DNA from: Azolla caroliniana
Taxonomy: Eukaryota > Plantae > Polypodiophyta
Assembly (NCBI GenBank): GCA_043228905.1
Contig: JBHGNT010000014.1
Coordinates: forward strand, 2,232,001 to 2,296,000
Length of the DNA: 64,000 nucleotides
Direction of reading: 5' to 3'
In this document: piece by piece, positions 37,501 to 49,000 of the stretch
Position numbering within the stretch: the stretch's first letter is position 1
Layout of the letters: each line of letters starts with the position of its first letter
Program-made: the position numbers and the translations under genes
Notes under the pieces: model-generated
Told to the model about the DNA's origin: nothing
What the model saw: the letters and a program-made list of their open reading frames with translations, nothing else
Database searches by the model: none

Positions 37501-39382
37501 TAAGGGGAAGTGCATACCTATTCCTGATGGTGACCTTATTCAAGCCGCGGTAATCAATGACGAGACGAAGTGATCCATCTTTCTTCTTGACAAAGAAAAT
37601 GGGTGCACCGGTCGGAGATTTCGAGTGACGAATAAACCCACTTGCCAAATTCTCTTCTATGTAGGCTCGAAGGACTTCTAGCTCGAAGTTGTAAATTGAT
37701 GGGACAATCGTAGGGATGATGATGAGGAAGAGTACCTGCTTTTACCTTGTCAAATACATCGGCATAAGGATGATATTTCGTCGGAAGTTGAACTAAGGAT
37801 TCCTTCTTAGTATTGTTGGAAGGATGTACTGATATTGCAAATAGAAACATTGCCTCCTTGCGTCCTTCTTCGCGTAATTGATGGAGTGAAATGGTCGAAA
37901 CTGAATGAGTAGATTCTTGGGGTTGTCGATACCGGACTTCTCTTGTTCTCCAATCTATGTCTGGATTATGTAATTCAAACCAAGGTAATCCCAGGACAAT
38001 GGGATGCTCTATACTACTAATTATATTAAATGATACCACACACACAAAACTACTTAGGACAAGCTGAATGGGTTCTGACTCTTCTATAATATTCCCGGAA
38101 GCAATGGGATGACCATCAATGACTACTACAGATGCGGGGCAAGGAAGTTTTCTTAAGGATATCTGAGAAGCTTGGGCAAAATTCCGATTCATGAAACAAG
38201 AATTGGCTCCGGAATCTAAAAGTGCTAAGACGTGTACTGGAGGGGTACTTTTAGTACTAACCATGACTTGGGTTAAGAACACATTGCTAACTTGCTTAGA
38301 GGGAATGGAACCACTACTGGACGATCGCCTTGACGCAATCGTCAGATTTTGTGGACCGACGTCCTGATGTTCTCGGTATCTCCAAAGCAGGCTTTAAACT
38401 TGCTAATAAAGTCTTCAAAGTTATTAAGCAAGGGCGATTGTTTTTCTAGAAGCGGAGCGAACCATGCCAAGGATGAGCCGCAAAGCAACGTGCCTATTAG
38501 GCCTACTCGGGATGCATCAGTGGGGTATCGGGAAGGATGCAATTGCGATCGCGTTCCATCGAATTTCACAAGAAGTCTAATCTTGGGCTCTTTATGAAAT
38601 TCTTGGGGACTTGATCCTTGTTGTTGTAACGCTACGATGGTTGCTTCGAGTTGTTGTACATGTAACGCTAACTCCCCATGTTCTTGTTGCAACTCCCTAT
38701 GTTGTTGCTGCATTTGCAGTTTTTCTAGAGCGATTTGTTGAAGATCCCCTAACAATCATTGGTTTTCTTGTTCCAATGCAACGAATTTTTCTTTTAGACA
38801 CTGTAGCTCAGAAAAAACGGATTGATATTCTTGGGTGCTAACAGTAGCCATAATATTGGAAGAAAAAAAAGGGGTAAGAGGATGAGGGAAACCGAAAAGA
38901 AGACTAGAGAAGAAAATTGGTTCAAACTATCAGGAATAGTACTAAAATAGAGAGAGAATTAGTACTGGAGAAGGGAAGTACTATTAGTACTAAGAGGACG
39001 GGACTACGTAAGACTCCCGAGAGAAGAAGAGAGAAAGAGAGAGAGAGATAGCGAGGACGAGAGAGAGAGAGAGAGAGAGTGAGTGATAATGATAACAGAT
39101 GATATATTATATGAGGATTAAGTACAAAATAGCTATGAGGCTTAAGACTGGCGTTGAACCAATTTGATTCGAAATGATGCCTTGTGCCTCCTTTTATAGT
39201 GCTCTCAAGAGTAGTCCTAAAGCTTCTAGAATGTTCTAGAGAAATTTGGAATATACATTAATTTTCTATAGTAAAACTTAAATGAAAATAATATCTTACG
39301 TATTACAATAGATAGTGTAATGGTCAAGAGCTCGACCCATATAACATAAGGTCATGGGTTCGAGTCTTGCCATATCATGACA
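34404..39382 (-). mobile_element. Degenerate chromovirus (Tcn1/Tf1-sushi-like Gypsy), LTRs 34404-34890 and 38928-39382, TSD GAACC/GAACT
   Basis: Minus-strand fragments: gag (KFDGTR, GSSLAWF), protease ALLDSGANSCF, RT ([24 protein letters not shown]), RH (EADASNFALG), INT (ISDRGPKF) and chromodomain remnant (EYEV..VLDS...TWEP). PPT CTATCCCTCCC next to the left LTR. Confidence 0.9.
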
Positions 39383-39611
39383 GAACTAAGAACAAGGATT
39401 GGTTTGACAAGCTAAAAAGAATCCGACCAAGAAAGGTCTGCAAGAGGGGGAGTGGATATTAGTATATCACAATAGTCTGGATAATCAACATAATACTAAG
39501 CACAAGTTTGCAAAAAGATGGTGATTTGGACCTTATGAAGATAGAAAATTAGCAGATAAGGCTATATATTTCCTCAATGAATTAGATGGGACAGAAATTT
39601 GTATCCCAATT

Positions 39612-40005
39612 TGTTATGAAAGGCTCCGGCTCTTCTTTGTGCACAGCGGATCATGATGTGCTGGATCGTTTAGTGCTCAAGACAAAAAAGGAAGGGGGAA
39701 GGACACTTACCTCTCTTTAGGAAACCAAAAACCTTCTTCTATTTCATTACACGCAGAGCTCAACTCGCTCTCGTCAGTTTTTTGTTTTTCTGTTCTCTTT
39801 CTTCTCTACTCTCACTTTTCTATATCTCACTCTCTTACTTTTTACCTAAGTTATAAATCACTTGCATATGTAGCTAATTAGTTGTCAATAGCTAAATAGT
39901 TGTTTCACCTTTATGTCCACTAGTAGCTAATTAGCTAATAGCTACTATATAAGATCTTACTTCTCAATAAGCATGGCATACCTTTGTTGAGCTTGCTTCT
40001 CAACA
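39612..40005. mobile_element. Solo LTR (394 bp) with TSD CAATT
   Basis: TGTTATG...CTCAACA termini. CAATT at 39607-39611 and 40006-40010. Host integrase frame resumes after it. Confidence 0.8.
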
Positions 40006-43000
40006 CAATTGCTGCAGGAAAAAGGATTAAAATATTTAAAAGGAGGGCGTCATTAGACCCTGAATTTTATGAAGAAGAAGAACTAAAAGAATCGGAAGAA
40101 GTGTTGGATGAACTTTGCACAACCAATGTGCAAGTTCAGAGGGGGTATATGTCATGAAGGAATTGCTTCACGATATAAAAATAAACGTGAATATTATATT
40201 AAGTAGCATTTGAGAGACTTAAACCCATAACCCTGTATACCAAGTATGAAATGCATACCATTAGGATAAGTTATTTTTTATAAATATATGTCATCACACA
40301 TATGGCATGCTATTTTTCATACATGGGAACTCAGATGAGCATGATGGCTATCATGCATCACGTGTAATGAATGTGTGCCAAATGGCGATCATGCATCACA
40401 TGCACCTTCACATCATCATATGCATGAGTGTACCTATAAATAAATGAAGGAATCAATGAGGGGGGCAAACAATTAAGAGAAAGTTAGAAAATCAAATAAT
40501 CAATCAAACAAGTTAGCTAATTTGTGAAGAGTCTTATGTTTCGAAGTTGGAGTCAAGGGTTCAAATCTAGAGTTCGGCAAAAGAGAAGTCGCATCTTGTG
40601 ATCGAACATTATAACGTTGGTAAAATATTGTGTTGTTAATATAAAGCTTGTTCTTATAATACATTTTTTCTTCTTCAATCATACATTGTCTCTATTCTTA
40701 TTTGTGCTCATCTCTCTTCCACAAATAATTTATTTTTTTATCCTTAATATTCCTAACATCTGTGCGCAAGCCTTATAAAAGTTTCCTCAACTCCCCTTAA
40801 CCTTAGTCCCTGTGACTTCGCCGCACGAACCACAACTACCCCGACATTGCTTAGCCGAATGAAGCACGGATGAGGTTGTTCCTCGGATTGAATCTACTTC
40901 GAGTAATTATGAAGAGCAGGTGGGCAGCACCGAATAGCCTAACCAATTGCTGTTTAAGTTGATGAATCACGATTTACGGTCAAATCGATTGAAAGACCTC
41001 ACTTCGAGTGGCTACAATCACAAGGGCAAAGTATAGTCGTCAGGCCTACTTCATGAGTGAATTAGCTCAGTGAAGTGCCGGTTTTCCAGGTGTTTCTTCT
41101 TAGGAAGAATGATCTTCTTGAAGTTGCCAGACGGGAGATTTCAAACTGATTGGAATCTCAATGTATGTTCTATCAAACAAAATCAGACAGAAGACCTTCA
41201 AAGGATAGCAAAGAGAAAGTGTTGATGAGGACAAGAAGATGACGGCCAACAATAAAATAAGAAAACGCCAAGCTCTAATACCAGATGTTGGAAGCGACTA
41301 TTTGGATGCAGACCAATCTCAACACTCTTATAGATGAAGATCTTCGGATAATCCAAAGGAACAAATTGATAACACAAGATAGTTGAATCATAAGACAAGA
41401 TCAACAAGAAAGACAAAGAGAAGTACACCAAGGTAGGCACAAAGATATGTAACTATGTTATTCAAGCTCAAAGTTACAATGGCACAATACAACAATGAAC
41501 AACCACCACAATTAGGTTACAAGAGTCAATTTAAATACGAACAGACTTAGAGCAACTGCCCTTTCCATTATCTACATAAATAGCCTAAACCTAGTATGTC
41601 CAAATGGGAAAGTGTGAATACGTCCATTATTTCCCATATTCGACAAAGACTACAATGAGCAAATGAGTGAAACAACGCCAGGAATCCGAAGGACCAAATC
41701 ATAAGTCAAGAATCGGCATGGCCAAACAAGCTGAAACAGCAAAGTCAAAAGAGTCGAACGACCGAAAGGTTGAAGACGTAGCTGAGTACAAGGAAGCCAA
41801 AAGGACAGAGGATGATCGAAGGGTGAAAGGAGTCAGAAGCCGATCCCCACTTCAATAGAGAGCACGAGGACCAACACGTGTGGAGAGCTGATGGCCTAGA
41901 GGCTGAAAGCTAAATCAACTACCAATCGATTCAAGGACTAACCGATGCTTCCTCTGCCGATTCAACAACTAGCTGATTGGCTTGTAACATGGAAACTACA
42001 ATTTAAATTTAAGATGTAATTTAAGCTCATGGGGGAGATTACCCCAAGCATGTCATTGTATGTAATTAGAGTAGTCCTTTTACATGGGAGTGTGAACACT
42101 TAGTTAATCTAACTATAAAAGTTGGTAACTAAACATTACAAAAAAAAATTGTGGGTAATTGTGAATCATTATTAGTCTCTTGGGCAAAAAACTCTCTCCC
42201 TCTCTCTATGTGTAACTACCACCTTGTTCATCTCTCTCTAATCTGAGTAGTCTTGATCTTCTACCTTCTCCCAGAGCTAGTGATATCTGCTCTTAATGTG
42301 CTTGGTCCGAGAATGGTAGGCCACATGCTTCACAAGGTGGATGGCACTTTGATTGTCGTAGTAGAGTTGGTATTCCTCCTGTCGGATCCCTAGCTCTCCG
42401 ATGAAGTCCTTCATCCATATTACTTCCTTGGGGGCTTCCACAAGTGCCATATAGTCCGCTTCCATTGTTGATAGCGCAACGGACTTTTGCAACCTCGACT
42501 ACCACGATACGGCTCCCCCTGCATAAGTCATAACATATCCGGATGTAGACCGGCTGGTATTCGCATTGGTCGACATATCCGAATCTGTGAATCCGTCTAG
42601 TTGGGGTTTACCAGCGCTGAATCGGAGGCACATACTCGAGGTGCTTCTCAAATACCGGAGTATCCACTTGACCGCGTTCCAATGCTCTTTTCCGAGATTA
42701 CTCATGAACCGACTCACCACTCCGATTGCATATCCGATATCCAGCCAGGTACACACCATTGTGTACATCAAGCTCTTGACGGCGGAGGCATATGGTATCT
42801 TCATCATATCCGTCTTTTTTGCCTTTGTCTTAGGGCTTTGCTTTCCAGATAGCTTGCAGTTTGCCATGAGTGTCGATCCGACCGGTTTTGCATCCGACAT
42901 GTTGAACCACTGAAGCACCTTTGTCATGTACTTTTCTTGTGAAAACCACAATAGCTTCTTCTTTCGGTCCCGGATGATGTGCATGCCTAAGATTTGTCTT

Positions 43001-46000
43001 GCCGGACCCAAATCTTTCATGGAGAAGGTCCGGTTCAAGGCCTTCTTCAGCATGCCGATTTTGGTTCGGTCCGGTCTGACGATCAACATGTCATCCACAT
43101 ACAAAAGGAGTATCAAGAAATTGCCTTCGTCGAATTTCTTCATAAACACGTAGTGATCGGCCTGCATTTTGTGGTACCCTTGATCGGTCATGCAGGAGTT
43201 GAACTTCCGGTACCATTGCTAGGGGGCTTGCTTCAATCCGTATAAGCTCTTCTTCTGTCGGCACACCAGGTGCTCCTTCCCTTTCTTCTCAAATCCTTCC
43301 TCTTGATGCATGTAGATCTCTTTTTCGAGGTCGCCATGTAGGAATGTCGTCTTGACGTCCAGTTGCTCTACCTCGAGGTCCATGTTTGCCGTTATGCCCA
43401 ATACCATCCAGATGGATGACATCTTTACTACCGGGGCAAAGATCTCATTGAAATCCACACCTTTCTTCTGTTGGAAACCCTTCACCACAATCCAGGCCTT
43501 GTACCTCGATGGATTTCTGGCGTCTCCCGGTTTCAGCTTGTACACCCACTTATTCTGTAGTGCTCTCTTTCCTTTTGGCAGCTCTGTCAATTCATATGTG
43601 TGGTTCTCATGCAAGGAATCCATCTCGTCCTACATGGCACTTAACCACTTGCAGTTGTGGGTGTCTTTCTTTGCTTCTTCGAAGCTTTCCGGCTCCCCCT
43701 CATTGGTCAACAATAATGCTCTTCATCCAGAAATCTCTGGGGAGCTCTTCTCTCCCTGAGGAGGGTATCTCCACCTTTGGTGTTCAACTACCGGTTCCTC
43801 CGTTTGTTCTTCATCCGAATCTGATTCGGGGTCTTGTCCGGTTCTAATGTCTCATTCTTCTTCTTCTTCTTCTTCGGTCGGTTCGGTTTCTTGTTTGAAA
43901 CTGGCCAGTTCGTCGAGTGTCATCCGGTTACTGGCTAACATCCGGTTTCCAACTGGGTAAATCCTTGTGTCATCAAACCGGTCTTCGTCGATCGATCTAG
44001 AGTCCATCATTTTCTTCTCTGACTCCTAGTCGGCAATGGTCCTGTCTTCCATGAAGACTATGTCCCGACTCCGGAACACCTTCTTGTCAACCAGATTCCA
44101 CACCTGGTACTTGAACTCATCATCACCGTATCCAAGGAATATACATGGCCTGGGCTTCGGATCCAGCTTTGCTCTCTTGTCCTTCGCAACATGCACATAT
44201 GCGAGACAGCCAAACACCTTCAGATGCCAATAAGATACATCTTTACTGGTCCATACTTTCTGCGATGAGTCTCCTTCCAAGGGTGCTAAGGGTGATCTGT
44301 TTATCACATAGGTCACCATCATCAACACCTCTACCAAAAACTTCTTGGGTAACTGGGCATGTGCTAGCATGCTTCAGACTCTCTCCATTATGGTCTGGTT
44401 CATCCGTTTAGCCAGCCTGTTTAATTCCGGCATCTTCGGCACGGTAAATTCGAGCCAAATTCCCTTCGATCGGCAGTACTCCTCGAACTTCCCCCGATAT
44501 TCTCTTTTGTTATCTGCTCGAATCACCGTCAGCTTCCGGCCGGTTTCTCTTTCCACTCTCGTGTGGAGCTCCTTGAAGATGGATAGCACCTGATGCTTTG
44601 TCTTTAGCGGTGAGACCCACAGCTTCCGACTGTGGTCATTTATGATTGTCACAAAGTACTGTGATCTGGCATGTGACTTCGTGTTCACTTGACACAAATC
44701 GGTATGCACTAGCTCCAGTGGTGCATTCCGTCTCATCGGTGGTCTTGACCAGAAGGAGGTTCGGTTTTGCTTGCCGGCCAAGCAATCGGTGCACTTCTCA
44801 AGTTGCACGTCCTTCACCGGAATGAGATTGTCTTCGGCATGTCTCTTCATCCCCTTCTGGCTCATGTGCCACAGTCTCTTGTGCCACAGTTCACTAGCAG
44901 TGTCAAATGCTACGTTCACTTCTTCCCGGACTATCCGGGCCTGCATCAGGTACAATGTGTTGATCTTCCGGGCTTGAGCCACGATTAGGCTTCCTTCACT
45001 GAATTTCATGACTCCGTTCCGGATGCTACCCATGTAGCCTTCATCATCTAGCCAACTGGTTGATATCAGGTTCAACCAAACCTCCGGAACGTGTTGAACT
45101 TCTTTCAACAGCAATTTGCATCTGGTTGATGTCGTCAACAACACATCTCCTATGCCGGCAATTCGGCATGCATCTTCATTTCCCATCCGGACATAACCAT
45201 GATCTCTGGCTATGTAGGATGAGAAGCATTTCCGGTCCGGTGTCAGATAGAACGATGCTCTGAAATTGACAACCCACATTGTCTCGTCGCCAACAAGGTT
45301 TAACTCATTCTCCTCGGTAATGAGCATCAGTTCTTCTTCACTTGTCGCGATCGTCGACGTTCCTTTCCGATCAGGACCTCTCTGGTCCGAACTCTTCTTC
45401 GGATCAGTGATGGCGGCCCCTTTCTCTTTCCGAAAATGCCAACAGTTCTTCTGGAAGTGCCCCGGCTTCCCACAGTAGAAGCAAGTAGCCCCCCCCCTTG
45501 ACTTTGTCCCTGTCCCCGATTTGACCCGGTTTTGGGGACTCCGATTTCGGCCTCTTCCCCGGTTATGGTCATCTTCTGTGACCAAGGCCTTCGGATCGGT
45601 TCCAGACTCCCGGTCCTTTCGGCGAGCTTCTTCACAACTTTTCTTCTAGCCCAGCATTGCCCAAAGTGACAACTAGCGTCTCCCAACTATCCGGGAGGGA
45701 ACCGAGTAGGAGCAATGTAATTACGTGGTCGGCCAGAGGTACTTCAAGCGAAGTTGTTTGGTTTATGAGCCCCTGAAATGCATTCATGTGCTCTGCCATG
45801 CTGGATCCGTCCTAATACCGGAGTCTCACTAACTTACGGAATATCGAAACCCAATTTACGACATTTTTACTCTCTAGCATAGTGCCAATTTTCTTCCAGA
45901 GCACATGAGCTATACTTTCTTCATTGAAGTTGTTATATAGGCTCATGTCAATGAAGCACCGGATGTACGTCTTTGTCTTCATGTGCATCACCTCCCATGT

Positions 46001-46067
46001 TGTGGCATCGATCTTGTCTGGCAGCCAAAGATCTTTGACCACGAGCATGTCCCTCATCTTCGACTTC

Positions 46068-49000
46068 TATTACCGGTGCTGGGGCGGCCGTGGTTGAAAA
46101 CGGCACATATCAAACAAAATTGGAGGAAAAATATAATTACCTTCCGGCAAGGAAAAGCCAAGGTACAGGTACCAACACAGCCAAGGACGAGCACTGGCAA
46201 GGAATGTACACCGTTGTATGCAAAGTGCGTCAACATGCTAGAAGGGTTAGCTGACGAAGAAGAAGCGCAGTACTTGCAGGAAAACCCAAAGACCATACCC
46301 CTCTTCGAAATTGACATTGCCGAAGCAGTAGCACCATACTTACCGCAGCCGAAAGAGGCTAAAGCCGAACCGGATAAAAACGCAATCCGGGAGTTACGGC
46401 AAGCGCAGGAAGCATTGGAACGGGAAATGGCCGTTTCACAGCGCGTAAAAGCGTCGCAACTTGAAGGGGTGAACCTAGGGACCACGGACGAAGCAAAACC
46501 GGTGCACATCGCCAAGGAGATGAAGTCCAAAGACAAAACGGCGATGATCACACTTCTCACGGAATTTCGCGATGTGTTCGCCTGGTCATACGAAGGCATG
46601 CGAGGACTCGACCCTCAGTTATACCAGCATCAGGTTCACTTGAGCAAGGATGCAAAACCAGTGGCACAAAGACAATACCGGATGAATCCCAATTATGCCG
46701 CCAAAGTCAAGGAGGAAATTGACAAACTGCTAAGAGTTGGCTTTATCCGTCCGATAAAGAAAGCGACATGGCTGAGCCCGATCGTAGTCGTACCGAAGAA
46801 GAACGAAAAAATTCGAGTTTGTGTGGACTACCGGAAATTCAATGCGGCTACGGTAACGGATGCGTTTCCACTTCCGTTCACAGATGGAGTGTTGGATGCC
46901 GTCGCCGGCCATGAGGTCTATAGCTTTCTAGACGGATCCAGCGGGTATAATCAGATCCGGATGCACCCCGACGACCAAGAGAAAACGGCTTTCGTCACCG
47001 AATGGGGGGTGTTTGTGGCCGTGGTGATGATGTTCGGACTCAAAACGGCACCGGCAACATTTCAACGAATCATCATGGAAATCTTTGGTGAATATATCCC
47101 GGCTTTTATGCAGGTTTTCCTTGACGATTTTGCCGTCTATAGCCGGGAGGAGGACCATTTTCAGCACCGCCGTCTTTGTCTAGAAAAGTGTAGAGCGTAC
47201 CGGCTAAGCTTGAATCCGGCAAAGTGTGTATTTGGCGTGTCCAGTGGAACCTTATTAGGACATATTGTGAGCCAGGAAGGTATTGCAGTCGACCCGGACA
47301 AAGTTAAAGCCATATTAGAAGCACGGCGCCGGCAACGGCAAAGGCATTGAGCCGGTTCTTAGGCTAGATCCGGTGGCACAGCCGAATGCTCCGATACTTG
47401 GCCAACCTGGCTACACCGTTGCATGTCGTCGTGCATCGGACACCATTCCAGTGGACCGACACCGAGGATAGGGCATATAGGGCCCTCAAGGTATTGTTGT
47501 CGCAAGCACCGGTAGTGCAGCCTCCGGATTGGAGTAAAGAATTTCATGTATTCGTGGACGCCTCCGACATCGCAATCGGAAGCGTATTAATGCAGCTCAC
47601 GGAGCCAAAGTGGTACCGGCCAGTGTACTATGCCAACTGAAAGCTATCCCAAGCGGAACGGAACTACTCTACCACGGAACGGGAAGCTCTAGGGATGATC
47701 TACAGTGTGACAAAGTTTCGGCATTATTTATTGGGAAGGAAGTTTTCCTTCCATGTAGATCATTCGGCACTCCTTTACCTGGTGTCCAAAGCCTCACTCA
47801 CCGGTAAGTTGGCCCGGTGGACCTTACTGTTACAGGAATTCGAGTTCGAAATATTCCACTGACCCGGGATACAGCATGTCGTAGCGGATTACTTAAGCCG
47901 ATTAGAGTCCGGAGAGACGGGTGACGGAGTAGCGGATGAGTTCCCGGATGCAGAGCTGTTTCGAGTCACTACGGAAACGGCGGCAAATGAGATGGTGGCA
48001 CAGGAAGACAAGTGGCTCACAAACATCCACCAGTTTCTGAGCACAGGACTGCCTCCGAAAGAGATGAACCGGGACGAAAGGAAACGCCTGGTAGTGCAAA
48101 GCCAACATTTCTGCTTACTGCAAGACACACTTTACCACAAGGGCGCGGACGGCATATGGAGACGGGCTATGCGCAACGATGAAAAGGACCTCATACTGAG
48201 GGAAGCCCACTGCGGAGTTGCCGGAGGTCACTATGCCAGAGATGCGATGGCCAGGAAAATATGGCAAAGTGGCCTATGGTGGCCAACGACATTAAGAGAT
48301 GCGGTACGGTACGCAAAAGAATGTGACCTATGCCAACGAATGGGCCAGCCAACGGAGTAGGCTCGTATGCCACACCAGCCTGTACTACCACTCGAGCCAT
48401 TCCAGAAGTGGGGGTTGGACTTTGTTGGACCATTCAAACCACCGGCAATGAGAACAGGTAATCGGTACGTCATCGTCGCGACGGATTACTACACAAAATG
48501 GGTGGAGGCCAAAGCCTTAAGAGACAACACCGCTACGTCAACGGCAAAATTTCTGTACGAGTACATCTGGTGCCGTTACAGATGCCCAATCGAATTAATA
48601 AGCGACCAAGGGGGACACTTTCTCGGCCAAGTAGTTGAAAGCCTGACGACATTCTATGCCGTTGTCCATAAACGGAGCACACCATACTATCCGCAAGCGA
48701 ACGGGTTAGCTGAATCAACGAATAAAACGCTCCAGAATATCCTCCAAAAGATCGTCAACGAAAACCGAACGGATTGGGATACCAAGCTACATAGCGCGCT
48801 TTGGGCATACCGGACGGCATATAAAACGAGCATCCGAACAACACCGTTCCGGTTAGCGTTCGGACTAGAGGCGGTAATGCCGGTGGAATTCCAAGTAACC
48901 AGCTTACGGATCCAACTACGGGAAAGGCTGAACGAGAAGGAGTCGGAGGCAATACGGTTAACAGCGCTGTGTGAACTCGAGGAACAATGAATGGCAAGCA

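Larger units (their letters stand above)
33900..40758 (+). mobile_element. Degenerate Gypsy integrase 3' region, PPT and LTR (40150-~40758), split by two later insertions
   Basis: FIFEDIICRYGC...YNPEANGKVERGH...LPYALWADRTT. Frame continues at 39388 (ARTKNKDWFDK) and 40011 (GKRIKIFKRR). GAGGGGG PPT precedes TGTCATG at 40150. Confidence 0.7.

Noticed and set aside
40760-42276. Possible further decayed retroelement pieces (PPT-like GGGGGAGATT at ~42030)
   Set aside because: Too degraded to define termini or domains by eye.
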